64,000 bases of DNA from Podospora anserina (lineage: Eukaryota). Both the position numbers and the translations under genes were made by a program. The notes below the pieces were generated by a model. It worked only from the letters and a program-made list of their open reading frames with translations, made no database searches and was not told the DNA's origin. The stretch is from contig CM030334.1 of NCBI GenBank assembly GCA_017654855.1, forward strand, positions 372,001-436,000. The letters are read 5' to 3'. The stretch's first letter is position 1. Every line of letters starts with the position of its first letter. Below are positions 37,185 to 49,775 of the stretch, piece after piece.

Positions 37185-37942
37185 TTATTGCTCCTTGCCC
37201 TTCCCCTTGGCCTTGTAGAGATAGCTATTTGTTACTGATTAGCAATTGCCCCTGCCGCTTGCCTCATTCTCTCGGAGAAAGCATCTACTCACTTGGTGAA
37301 GGCACCCTCGACAGCCCCAACAGCACCGATCAGACCCAGCCCGAGACCGACATCCTTCCAGCTCAGTCTGCCGCGCTCATACGAGTTCCAAGCCTTGAAG
37401 CCCAACCACCCGCTCAACCCAATAACGGCAATCAGATTCGCCACAGCCAACGCGCCCGCGGGACCATCGCCCATATTCTCGAACCGCTTCGTCAACCAGG
37501 TATCCGCCTTCTTTGCCTTGCTCTTGGCCTTCTTCTTAGCGAGGTCAGCTTCGGCGCGAAGGGTTTCGGCCTTGGCTCGGGCCTTCTTCTCAGCCTCCTC
37601 TCGCTCGATCCGGGCAGCCTGCGTGTCGGTCTTGACTTCTTGCTCGGCGAAATCGGAGGGGACGGTGCGGACAGAGGGGGTGTCAACGTCGATAAGGGAG
37701 GAGGTGGAGGTGGAGTCATCGACTACGACTTGGGGTGGTTGAGGGGCAGCAGCCTGAAATGGTTGTTAGCATCAGAGGCAAGGTAACTACGTAGACAAAG
37801 AAAAGCTGTGACGCGAACATACCTCCTCAGGAGTCTGCTTGGGGCCTTTGGATGCGACTTCAGCGTACGACACTGCGAAGACGTTAGCAAATGTTTTTGT
37901 TTGCGAATAGGCTGTCGACGACGTAGACGAAGCAAGCATACT
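37185..37942 (-). CDS. Mitochondrial outer membrane protein, OM14-like
   Basis: Spliced product MSYAEVASKGPKQTPEEAAAP...LIDVD..SV.TVPSDF..QEVKT.TQA.R, with two C-terminal hydrophobic segments. Introns 37941-37873, 37822-37754, 37292-37225. Confidence 0.8.
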
Positions 37943-38809
37943 TGTGTTGGCTGTTTGTGAAGTTGTGATGGATGGGAGAAATGGGTGTTGCAGCAGTAAT
38001 GCGGTACAAAGAGAAGTGGTGAGTTGCAGTGTCAAGTGACAAACGAGTAGAAAAAGAAAACGGTCGTGGCTCGTGATGATGGTATTTATCGTGGGTCAGA
38101 GAGACTGGTGATGTTTTTGGCAAAAAGCAGGTGATGGAGTGGGAGGGAGGGGAAGGTGACCTCAGAACCTGGCAAGGCCCAGCTTGATTGCTTCTGCCCA
38201 GTTGCCGGCCATGAACGGAAGCGGGCGCTCGGGTGGGAGCCGGGGGTCGAGAGACCGCCAAGCCCCTTCCTGGCCACGATGACGTCTGCGGCTCCGCTTG
38301 TTTCCTCGAGGGCCAAGGCAGCCCACCAATCGAACAGCCGCGAAGCTACTGGAGCTTGGGCCTGTTCAGCGCCGTTTTTGATGCCGTTTGTGTTGTCGTG
38401 CATCGCCATACCCCTGGACAGCTCAAGCATCCAAGATGTCACGTTTTAGGGCCTGCGAGATCCCGAGGATCAGTCGAGATCTCGGCGGGTCCAGAGCCAG
38501 GCATGGGAACGTTTGTCAGCGACAGCCCTCACCCTCCTATCTCCCACGTCCACTCCAGCCCTAGTGTAGGTTTTCAAGACCGCTTTTGAAGTATTGATGT
38601 CTTTAAATGGTGCATAATGTACCTTATACACAAAGCAGCAGGACGATAACATACAATCCAACCCAGTTGGCCGGGTTTAGTTCCGTTAGCACCACGCTAA
38701 ATACCTTTCTCTAACCCAACCCAACGAACCGGCCCCTTAAAATTAGAACTCTAATCGAGAATGTCTATTGTTGTCGTGATGTTGTACACGCCGGCCTACC
38801 AACACCCGG

Positions 38810-39901
38810 CTATTGCTTGTTGTTGGCATCGGTAGCATCCACCGCCTCCTTGGGCACAGGTGATGGCACCGCGTTCTTGTCCTCAACCTTCTTCTCCTCG
38901 ACCTTTTGTTCAACCTTCTTCTCGGCCTGCTCCTTCTTCTCCTCCCCGGCTTCCTTCTTCTTCTTGGCCTGGATATCCCCGACCAGCTTCTGGACCTCCC
39001 GATCTTTCTCAGCTTGCTCAGCCGACTTCGCGTCAGACTCGGGAGCCTTGGTCGCAACCTCGATGCCCTCGGGGGCCACAACAGTCTCGTCATCGTCGTC
39101 GTCGTTCAGCTCGGATCCATAGATCTCGGGGTACTGTCTAAAGCAAGTTTGCATGCCCCTGTTTTCATTTGTCAGCATCACGGAGAAGTGGTGGCACGGT
39201 AAAACCTACTGGAACTTGTCAATGCACTCAATGCCCTTGGGCTCCTCTTTGCTGTAGACGAAGCAGCTGAAGGCCGCCTTGAACTCCTCACCGCAGGGAC
39301 CGTGGGCCATGCCGCCCAGGCAGGGGCAGTCCCAGTTGATCTCTCCGGTCTCGGGGTTGAAAGCACCCTGCTGGGAGGCTTCTTGCTCGAGGGCCTCGGG
39401 CGAGCCAGGCTCAAGTTCTGTGGCAGCCGTCACTGGGGACTCGGTTGTTGGCTTAGACTCCTCCTCGTTGGCGACCTGCTCAATCTCGGCTGCTACCACG
39501 GCCTTGGTAGCTTGTGGTGGGGGTGGGGGAGGGGCATGGCGACGCTTCTCCTCGATGAGGGCGTCGATGGTGGGGAGATCGGCCTCGGAGAACTCGGCGG
39601 GGGCGGTTTGCGGTTGAGCTGTGCCGGGCCAGAATGATTAGCACCGCATGATGGAGCAGCAAGGCATGAGAGACCAAGGCAGCAACTTACGGACTTGATC
39701 AGCAAAGATTGGGCTGGTGTTGTAGTAGTATAGCGCAGCACCGGCAAGACCCCATCGTACCACTGTTCCCTTCCATGTGCCAGTCTTCTTGGTGGAGGCC
39801 GATGTCGAGGCGAACCGGCGGGTGGGAGCGGTTACTAAGCTGGATGTCGTCGTCGGCGCTGGCCGAATTGCGCGCAAGGCGCAGCGCGCGGAGCGATACA
39901 T
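38810..39901 (-). CDS. MIA40: Mitochondrial intermembrane space import and assembly protein Mia40
   Basis: Presequence plus [37 protein letters not shown]...C...CFRQYPEIY (CPC + twin CX9C). Introns 39690-39619 and 39209-39159. Confidence 0.97.
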
Positions 39902-40340
39902 TTTGGCTGCAGACTGGATTGGAAAGTGGTGGGTGGTGGTGAAGAAAGCAGTTCAAGACAAGAATTCAACAACACTGTGCTCCGGCCGAGTCCGGTGATC
40001 AACAAACGGCTGCCGCAGAAGATGGGATGGATCCCAAAATTTTGGTGATGGCCTCCAAGGCCCGTCCGGCACAGCGCAGGGAATTTACCGGATGCAATAT
40101 GATTGGCCAATGGAGGGGAAGAACCCCACAAATTCAGTCAGCTTCGGCACGGACATTTCTTGACTGCATCGCATCAACTGACATGATTGATGACACCTGC
40201 CAGGAACAGAGCTACTCATTTATTTTGACATGTGCTATCTCGGAGTTTTTGCTGCTAGTACACTAAATACAGAAGAAAACACTCTTCATAGTACCTATAG
40301 CTGCCTTTGTCAACAGCTCACCACTCTTTAATCTCCTCGC

Positions 40341-41352
40341 TTACTCGGCGGCACATGGCGACCCATCCAGCTGGGTCTCCTCGGCGAGCCAGTCCTCATT
40401 CTGATACTTGCGGTTCTTCTTCTTTTGTTTTCCCTTTTGCTTGACCGGCGCCGCAACTGGCTCGGCTGGTTTCTCACACTTAGCGATGATCTCTTCAGTG
40501 TTTTCTTCAGTAGCCCACTCAGCAGCCCTGTCAGCAGCCCTGTCAGCAGCCCTGTCAGCAGCCTTCTGGGCAAGCTTCTCGATAGCCTTCTCGGTACTCT
40601 TATCGAAAGACTTCTTGTCACACTTCTTCGCGGCAGGCTTCTCGGCGGGCTGAACAAGGTTGCTGTCGGCATTCTTGGAAGCAGCCTGATGGGTTTCTGT
40701 CTGTCTTGGGACATTCGCTGTCCGCAGGCGAGGCTTCATCATTTCCCCCCCGGCACCGCGCTGTCCAGCATGATATGCCCGCGCCTCTTGCCCATCCACT
40801 GCAGCATCGCCTCTGAACCTCCGCGGCTTCTCGTTACCCGACAGAGCGGACGACACAAAGGAATGGTACACGGGAGTCATGCCCTTGCCCTTGCCCTGCT
40901 CCTTCCCTTGCATGCGATCTTCCTGTTCCTCGTCCCAATTGATAGTTTCCCAGCTGTCATCGATCGGGGCAGAGTCGTACAAGAGGGCGTTCTTGACTCG
41001 GCGGAACTTCCTGGAAGCGTAAAGGCTGAAGGCAGCGATGCCATTCTCTATGCAGGCCGCTTTGATGTTGTCACGCGTCCTGGGCATCGACACTTCTACC
41101 AAGTCATCGTCGTCCCAGTGGTCATCCCCTGGTGGGGTGACGGGGCTGCCGAGATCTACCGGGTGCATTATTTCTCTTTCGGCCTCAGCGATGATCGATT
41201 CGTTGCGTGGCTGCTTCCTCGTCAGTTATATTTGAGTCGACGGCCGTTCCTGGAGGGGTTGGAATGCATACCTGCAACCTTGGTCTGGATGGTTTGGTTC
41301 GTCCGTTTGCGTAAGCGTCCCCGATTTCCTGGATGTTGATCTTGCCGCTCAT
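40341..41352 (-). CDS. Hypothetical charged protein (275-aa ORF to 41168; upstream part from ATG 41352 joined by a probable frameshift near 41208)
   Basis: Long ORF; 12-nt tandem repeat encoding (ADRA)3 at about 40520-40560; basic KQKKKNRK. Confidence 0.5.
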
Positions 41353-41696
41353 GTGTGCCCCAGCCCCTGTGCCGGTATTAGGTTGTCTGGTGCTTGTCAA
41401 GGTGAGCGTGGACAGATGCCTAAACGACAGAAAGAAAAAAGCCAAAGAGAAAATTCCAAAGTGCCTTGGGCTTCTTTGAGGCTCAAAGTTACCTTAGTGT
41501 GTAGTGGAGCTTACCTTATCGTCCATCTCACCCAACGAGAGGCTTGATGGCGCATTTGGAACCCTACAACTTTGCTCTCTCCTGAACCTTGACAATCGGC
41601 ACGTACACCGAACCCTAACCACATGAGTGGAACAATGCAAATCATGCTAACATTTACTAGGCCGCAAAGAATCTCGTCATCAGCAAAACCATAATA

Positions 41697-44115
41697 TCAC
41701 CTATTTCTCCCAAGCCCCAACGTGGCCAGCAGGTTGGCAAGATCTCCCCCACCACCGCCTCCCCTTCCCCCGTTACCGCCATTCCCACCTCCCCCATACC
41801 CCCTGTTCCTCGCGACCCCCATGGTACGCGTGGTCATCCTACACGTCTCAAGCCACATGCTCGCCTGCTGGGCCTCTGTACTCCCCTGCTTCTTCGTCCC
41901 TTGATACGCCATCACCAGCTTCTCAAAGCACATTTCGGCTTCTAGCCACAGGCTATCCTTCACGTACGACATGCCCAGCATGGCGAGCGCATTCTGGACC
42001 TCTGCAACCTTGAGTCCTTTCCTCGGCTCCAGCCACTTGAGGTAAAGCTCCATCCAGGGCCTTGACGCAGCCGGGAAGACACCAGGCCGTGGGGTGCCTG
42101 TCTTGGCGTAGAGTATCGCCATGGCCACCACCGCGGCCATGGTATCGGGGTGGTCTGGCCCGAGCGTCTCCTCCGTCTGGGACTTGGCTCGACGTAGCAA
42201 GTCGCCGGCCTCGGTGATATCACCCAGCAGGATCTTGAGCTTGCCGTGGTTCCTCAGCGCGCGGAGGGTGACCCGGTTGGTGGGACCGACCGACTGCCTG
42301 AGCTTATTGTAGAGGTTTCGGATGCCGACTTCGGCAGAGATCACTTTGGGATTTGTCTTTTCGAGACCATAAGGGTCTGCGTCTGGCGAGGGGGTGCTGA
42401 TCTCGACCAGGTCAATCACTGCCGACACTACCAGGACGTGGTTCTCGCCCAGCACTTCGGAGAGGGCTGCGAGACGGTGCTGCAGCCTGTTTTGGGCCTC
42501 TTCTGGGCGCTTGAGAGCATGGCATACCACCCCGAGAGCACGCTCGGTTGTGAGAGTATCGAGGTGGTTGGGACCGAGGGCATCCTGTTGGTTGACTAGA
42601 GTGTTGGCCAAGATGTTTTCGGCGTCCTCCCAGTCGCCCTTGTCCGTGAGGATCTCGCCCTCGAGCCTGTTGAGCTTCAGGATCAGGGGATGTTTGGGGT
42701 TCAAGAATTTGCTGCCGACTTGAAGCGCCCAGCCGGTCCATCTTTCGCAGTCTAGAGAATGACCCGTGTCATTCGCCGTGTAGGCGATCTCATACGCTGC
42801 ACTGATGGTCTCGGCGTTCTCCTGGCCTAGCGTCCGCTGGTGCTCTTCAAATACCTGTCGTTCCAACTGGCGCACTTCTTCCCACTTGTTGGCGTTTCTG
42901 AGTTCAGCCTCTCGAACTGACCTCGTATCAGCTGGGTCAGTGGGGAGATATATGTCGCCATAGATTTCCTGCGCGGCGGGTTCTGGCGAGACATAGCCCG
43001 GGTCAGATGGTGGTGAGAAAAAGGCGGGAGGCTGCGGCGAGACGGATCTCCTTCCAGGGGTGTTTTGTGCCGACATCGGTCGTGGTGGAAGCACCGGAGG
43101 GGAGGGCCAGTCCTGGCCATCCCAGCCATTAATGATCGGAATCCTAGGCTGACTGATGGCTGGCTGTGGTTGTTTCTCCAACGCCTTGCTGTAGATATCC
43201 TCAATATTTCGTCGAATCTTCTTGAGGTTGTCTTGGTCTTTCTGTGTGGTGCCGATCTTGCACAGCGAGCTGTGGTCGCCGTTGAGCTTTACCACGTTTT
43301 CGACATTGCCGGGAAGACCAAGCTTGGCGCTCTTTGGGGGAACAGTCTTGGAAGGGCCTGAGGTTAGACCGCCATGCAAACGGGTTGAGACAGGGGGGAG
43401 CTCTCACATAATCTTCGGAACCCCAGAACGAGATGATATCATACTTCATCAGTTGGTGCTGCCACATCTCAGTCAAGATGTCGGAAAACAGACTGCCCTC
43501 TCTCAACACTTCCATGACGTCGTCTCCGGGCTGGAAGCCAGTGGCAGTTGCAACTCTGGCCACGAGAGATCCAAGGCTCACAAGCTTCCAGTCTCCGCCG
43601 TTGTGGGGTGTCGCAAAGAAGGCCAGGCCTGTGGTGACATCCTTGATCTCGGTGAACTTGGGGTTGTTGTGAGCGTTGATCAGGGCTTGCTTGATCAACA
43701 ACCCCCCGAGACTGTGTCCAATAAATAGTATCGGTCTAGTATCATCCTTGTCGCGTTCGCATCGCACAGTCTCCAGGAGCTCTGTTGCTTTATCGACGAA
43801 GGTGGATCTGTCCTTGCCAAAGACAGCTTTGGAGTCGTACTCATACAGGAATATTCTCGCATCGGGCACAACGCGGGGAAGGTCTTCCTTCAGCCAAAGA
43901 CGGCCCTCTGGACCCTCTGGTGCGCGCCATGTATCCCACGCGTGGGCCGAGATATCTTTGCTCCGCGGGTTGAGACCATGGACAGCGAAGATGTCAATCT
44001 TGTGCGTCTCGGTATCCGAGCTGGATGGAGGAGGGTAGAGTTGTCGGCAAGCCTGTTATGGGCAAGGATGAGCGAGGGAAGTAATGCGGACGACATTTCT
44101 CAACAAGCTCACCAT
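41697..44115 (-). CDS. SesB-like alpha/beta-hydrolase fused to TPR repeats (NLR-like, no NOD domain)
   Basis: Exon 1 is ATG only (44115-44113); introns 44112-44053 and 43407-43347. DIFAVHGL, WLKEDLP, GHSLGG, FFATPH, DHSSLCK. Pro-rich linker, then LGxxHxxT-type TPRs and a Gly-rich tail. Confidence 0.88.
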
Positions 44116-45042
44116 AATAATTTGCTGTCCTCGTCTTGCGCGACGGCTGGCTTATCTAAAACCAATTGTCCGGTGCTTCAGCTGCCAACCGCTCAGCGAA
44201 AGAGTGTGTAGTTGTCAAGCCCAAAGCTTTCGTTGGGAGGGGTCTTACCCCCCCCCCTCCTTATGATACTCCCAGAGGTCCGGCGTTTCCAGCTCCAAAG
44301 TGAGGCTGAGGCACAGGGGCTGAGACCACGTGCCCATATATGAATCGTTCAAGATCAAAGTCCCATTCGCTCACATCTCCCCCCATTTTCTTGCGCAGTA
44401 GCAGCTGAAAGCCTGCAGAATGGTATGTCAGCCATTACGGCAAGCACACAGCTAGCATCTCGGGGTATTCGGAACTGGAAGGATGGCCGAACCAATGAGC
44501 TGAGCCCAACGGCATCCATCCAATACAAAGTATCAGCCGAATAAATTGCCGCCAGAGGGCCGCAACGCCTCGGCGTCAAATTCGTCCGTGACATTGGTTG
44601 ATGGTCGCGTGCTCCAAGGCCTGCAGTCCAAATGGAATCAAACCCCAGGCCATCGAAGACCCCCTTCTAATGCGAGGCAGCACGTCGTAGACAAAATGGT
44701 GGACACTACAATATAAAACAAAGACTTTAAAAGATCATGAAAACGCCCTCGATTATTTTGTCTAGCCTATCGGGTACCTAATCCTGAAGCACTAAAATGT
44801 ATACTTTAGGCCCATCACCTATCTTAAAAGCGGCTGTCACGACCTTTCACTTCCTATTCACTACCTGATCTTTCAAGGTATAATCACTATCTTTAATGGT
44901 GTATTTGTCATCTTTGAGGGCGGTACTACCTATGTCTCAAACATCGTCCCCGGTGAAGCTCATTGGAAAAGAAGAAGTCGGTCCCCCGCTCCGTTACCAA
45001 TCCCTCTTCCTCGATCTAATCTCCTCCAATTCTACGCTTCCG

Positions 45043-46479
45043 CTAATTCTGCCAGTTACCTCCCAGCAGCGCCACCCGATCACGATGCAGCGCAAGGCAG
45101 GAAACGCGACAACCGCCTTTCTGAGCGGCTTTTGTCAATAAAGGAAGGTCTTTGTACATGTTGGCAGACACAATCCACAACCGAGCAAGCCGGTGCATGT
45201 TCTGCAGGGGGGCGAGGAGAAAATCGAGGCTTCGGCGTGGGTCAGGTCTGTTCATGTTTACAACCAGACCCTGTAGTGAGTGCCTCGTGGTTGCTGCCAA
45301 CAGTTTCTGATTGCCCCAAGTTCCTCCAAGGACCAGGGACATTTCTGCCAACTGCATCGGGGTCCGGGGCCGACGCATCTCCAACTCCCGGGCACCCACC
45401 AGGTAGGCAGGGCCATATTTAGACCCTCTATCTGTCTCAACGAGGACAGCATAGCCCGAAAGGGCCTCGGAGTCGAATAGGTCAACCAAATTGTCGGTGA
45501 TGCAATCTTCGATAGTCTCTGTGTTGAGTCTGACCTCTTGAAGGAAGGCGAGATCGGCTGGCTTCTTCCTCAACGACTCTGGTTTCCATACCCACATAGC
45601 GTCGAAGAGACCCAAATGTGTGAGGCGTAAAGGCTGCCCTCCTGATTCGGCATACTCATCACAGAGCCGATCAAAGAAGTGGACAAACACGCCAAAGCTG
45701 CCCTCGCGTTCAAGCTGTCGCACAACGGCTTTGGCAGACAAGCCGAGTTCCAGCCGGTGAAGATTCGGGGAGTGGCGCAATAGCTGGACAGTCTGCTGGC
45801 GTGAGCGGTTTGGATCATCAAAGAAGTTGCGCAGTGAAATGTGTTGAAGGTTTCGAAAGAAGGCAAAGTCTTGACGGTAACAGGAAGCCCCCTCAAAGCT
45901 TGAGTAAAAGTCTACAGCAAGCCGATCATGAGCGATTTCCCAGCACGGTTTCAGCCGAAGGAGGCTAGGGAAACTGATGCGCAGCTTCCTCAGCACAGGA
46001 CGCGCCTGTCGAACGGCGTTCAGTGTTGCAGGCTCAACTTGAAACGGCTCTTCTCATCTGCATTGACGGTGTAATTAACAAATACCTAAGCCGGACACAG
46101 CCAGAGGCTGACGAGCATTGTTACATCAGACTTTCAAGTGATGGCATCTGAGAAACAAGGCGCCGGATGCTTCTGTTGATGTGCTGAGATTTTGAATCGC
46201 TCCACAGCGACTCGTGACAGCCCTTGACCCGCTCATTCAAATGCCATCCATCAATGGTAATATGTTTTGCCAAGGCCAGGTTGATATTTGCTGGGTCAAT
46301 TCGATCAAGATTACGGTCCACGTAAAGGTACAGCCACTCGCAGAACTCGGCGTTGGACAGCTTGTTGGTGAGGCAAGGTTATAAAGGGCTGGCTTCCGAG
46401 TCTGAAGGGTTTTTCCGACATGGTGTAAAAGAAACGCGGTGCGAGGGAATCGCTTTTGGCTGGACTGGTGGGACGACAT
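45043..46479 (-). pseudogene. Degenerate F-box/LRR-like protein gene
   Basis: LRR-like segments (MPSLESL, FRNLQHISL, SPNLHRLELGL, LRLTHLGL, MHRLARLWI) in several short frames; 5' part fragmented. Confidence 0.5.
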
Positions 46480-47849
46480 GTTTCCACTGGGCCGGGGGTG
46501 GAAAAATTGAAGGTTTGTTGTTTTGGTTGTCCGCTTGATTCTGAAAGCACTTGTTCCCTTTGCCCTACCCACCACGACGAAAGCGGTCACAATTTTGGAA
46601 GTTATGGGCAATAAAATGGAGTACCAGATTATTTCCCAGTGACCAGTTACTCCGTCGACGGCGGGTTGCCTAAGGTACCTGGTAGGTACTGTACATAGTC
46701 GGCTGCGAGGTCTCTTGCAAGAACAATCCCCATTGTTTCGCCGTGAGCTTTTGACCCATCGGTCCCAAGTAGCAGCGTTGTTATCGCCACAGCGAGCTGG
46801 CCAACTTCAAATACAAGCATTGTTTTCCAGACAGCCGGGGGTGGCCGTTAACTTGAGCATGCCTTAGGTATAAACCAATGGACCTAGATGCTGATAGAAT
46901 TGCATATTCAAAGGTAGTAATATACCTGCCTCCCTTACGCATACTGATTCAGTCCACTGTACTGTATCTCTCTCTATATCTCTAAATCTTTGGTCAGGAA
47001 ATGACCATGCTCGTGACAACCACTAGCCGCGCTTCAATCAGGGGTGTTAATCAGGGTCATCACCCCAACTGCCACCTGCCCAGTTTGCATGCCTTGCGAA
47101 GGGTTACCGCTCTGGCTCCAATATGTATTTGGTTTAATCACTGTGGTAGCGTTTGCTGGCTGAGCCATCCAAGCTATCTGGGGCTATAGAAACGACAAAA
47201 GGTCAAAGGACCACCACGTCCGGGCTCTCAAGTCTCAAATTTGTGAACTGGAGCTTGTCATGCTCTATCGGGATGCCACCTTTGGCAATGCCGTTGCTGC
47301 TTTTGATGAAGCACTTGCGGCTATCCCGTGGGATCACGCGCCACAGTAGAGCTAATCACTTTCCAGCATTTGTGTTTTTGGTATTTTTTTTATGTTGACT
47401 ATACATCCCAGCGAGGGTCATGATTGATTGTCCTTGTCATTAATGCTTCCCCGAGATTTAAATTGATTTCAGTTGATTCTTGTGCCTTCATTTCTATTTG
47501 AGGTTCTGAGCACTTCCTGTCACTTGTGATATGGTATGCTGTTGTATGTCAGAAGTGCTATGCCTCTCTTCGCTAGGAAGTGGTCTGAACAGAGCCACTC
47601 ATACCCGGCTTTGTTCTGTTGTTTTGGCCCACATGGACCTTGCTTATCATTGCATTCATTGTCAACCCACCGGAATCTCCACATACACGTTTGCGGAACA
47701 AACAAAGCTCCATAACTTTGAAAGCCTTTTCAAACAAAGAACCTCATTAGTTCCAACAATTCAACGTTTAGACTCAGCGAGAGATACCTATAGTTGCATG
47801 GGCACGGTGGGCTATTTGAGTGATCAACCGCTTTTACAACAACTCCAGA

Positions 47850-49205
47850 ATGGCGTTTCATCCATATCGTAGGGAGTCCCGTACCGGTTGGGGCCGAGGG
47901 AACCAGGCAGGCCAGGCCGGGCGTGGTCAAGGGAATACGGGGAGAGGCGGTGGTCATAATAGCATGTATCTCATCGGGGGAGATCCGCCGACCAAAGCAC
48001 GACAATACTACAAGTTCGTCCGACAGAACCGGGGGCAATTGGTGGAGGATGAGTCGCCAACACAACCGAATCCAAGCGATTCGTCGGCCGACGAGATCAA
48101 CGCTCATGACCCAGACCCATTCCATTGGTTCATTGCGCCTCCAGGTTACGTTGCCGCTGTCCAAAACGAGGACCTGATCCCTGATGAGGACGACCTCATG
48201 ATGGACGCACCGGCAGAGGGGCCTGGTCGAGATAATTACTATTATGACCCAGAAGACCGTAACACGACGCCACCGCCGCCATACGACAGGACGGTGACGG
48301 GCGGTGAGACAAACATGTGGACTGACATCAAAAACTGGATCATGAATGTTGCCGGAACTCCTGCCGCTCATACCGAGATTCCGGCCCCTTATGCCGTCTG
48401 CGGCGCGTGTCAACTAGTAGAAATCGACATCAAGGGGATTCCAAAGTCTCACAACCCAAACTATAGCGTGGGTCTTGGGACCGTTTTGATCTGTGGCCAT
48501 ATTCTCTGCGCCCGCTGCTACAACGCGTGGTGCAGGGACAAGTACAACGCCACTCACGGTTTCAACTGCCCCATGTGCCGAGCAAAGCTGCAGTGCGACT
48601 CCAGGGTCTGCAAGGACATCTTCTACCCCTACATCATACCGCCGGCCCGCCATGAGAAGCCCCCAGGCAACGGCTGGAAGGAGTTTCTGGATTATGTGCC
48701 GTTGACTCTGGGCGAGGGCGGCGTGAGGCCCACGCAGTGTCACATCTGTCGAGCGACTCGCCTTGTTGTGCTGGGACGCACCGCCAAACGATTATTCAAC
48801 GAAAACTGCCGGAAGACCCTGACCGACCCCAGAGCCCAATACATGGGCGTGCCATATTCCGACGGGGAGATGGCCTTGTTTCTAGAGACCACCTACGAAC
48901 CCACCGAAAACATGCTCAAGAAGCTCAAAACGCAGTTGATTCAGGAGCATCCCGGCTGGGGAGGACCGGTGCACCCCACGATGCACATCGTCTGGAATGT
49001 GAACCCAATGCAGGACAACTATCTGGTTCACAAGCGGAAGGTCAAGCTTGCGTATCGTGCCATGGCTCAGGAGGACGGTGCTCTTGAGGATGGCAGGCGT
49101 ATTGAGGATTTGGGAGAGTTGGAGGAAGGGGAGCGTGTCAAACCACCGGCACGGGTGACACGAGTTCCTGTGGCATTAAGGACTAGTGACTTGGCAAACT
49201 TGTAG
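47850..49205 (+). CDS. RING-finger (C3HC4-like) protein with RG-rich N-terminus
   Basis: CGAC...CGHILCARC...CPMCR, plus further Cys pairs (CDSRVC, CHIC). ATG 47850. Confidence 0.75.
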   Translation: MAFHPYRRESRTGWGRGNQAGQAGRGQGNTGRGGGHNSMYLIGGDPPTKARQYYKFVRQNRGQLVEDESPTQPNPSDSSADEINAHDPDPFHWFIAPPGYVAAVQNEDLIPDEDDLMMDAPAEGPGRDNYYYDPEDRNTTPPPPYDRTVTGGETNMWTDIKNWIMNVAGTPAAHTEIPAPYAVCGACQLVEIDIKGIPKSHNPNYSVGLGTVLICGHILCARCYNAWCRDKYNATHGFNCPMCRAKLQCDSRVCKDIFYPYIIPPARHEKPPGNGWKEFLDYVPLTLGEGGVRPTQCHICRATRLVVLGRTAKRLFNENCRKTLTDPRAQYMGVPYSDGEMALFLETTYEPTENMLKKLKTQLIQEHPGWGGPVHPTMHIVWNVNPMQDNYLVHKRKVKLAYRAMAQEDGALEDGRRIEDLGELEEGERVKPPARVTRVPVALRTSDLANL

Positions 49206-49775
49206 TTATGTATTCAGGTAGATGTTTGGAGAAAGTAATGCAATGGCTTCTACGTACCTACCTAGGTAAATAGCTGTTCTGTTGTATTCTTTATGCTGGT
49301 GTTACAAAGATGCGAATAGTTGGACCAATCAAAAATGTTCGACACGCGTACCTCTCCAACGTATACCTACCTGTAGGTAGGCAGCAACTTACGAATCCCC
49401 TAAGAAATCAACAAGGTACTTGGAATTTTTCACTTCACTTCTTCTTCCCTGTGTTTTCAGTCAACTGACATAGCTCGATGCCGACATCAAGAGCGCCTCA
49501 AGGTAATGACAGCTGCTGGCCAGGAGAATAAAGGGATGCCTGACCATCATCGTCCTTCAGGGGCTGATGTGATCAACACACTGCGGTCGTCTGGGCTGCT
49601 ACCCTATCTCCTAAAGGAGAACCAAGAAGGTTGCTAGACTTCTGTTCTGTCTCTTTCCCCAAGTTCATACATTTTGTTCTGATACTGATCGACTCATTTT
49701 AGCCCAGTTCTGCCATGTATACGAGGGGCGACGACATTACGACCTCGTTGATGATAGCATTGGTGCCTGTGAACA

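Noticed and set aside
40425-41339. 304-aa plus-strand ORF
   Set aside because: Antisense to the charged hypothetical gene; Leu-rich composition typical of a shadow frame.
44700-44960. AT-richer stretch containing TGTCACGA, resembling an LTR start
   Set aside because: No second copy, matching terminal repeat, target-site duplication or TE coding remnant could be identified.
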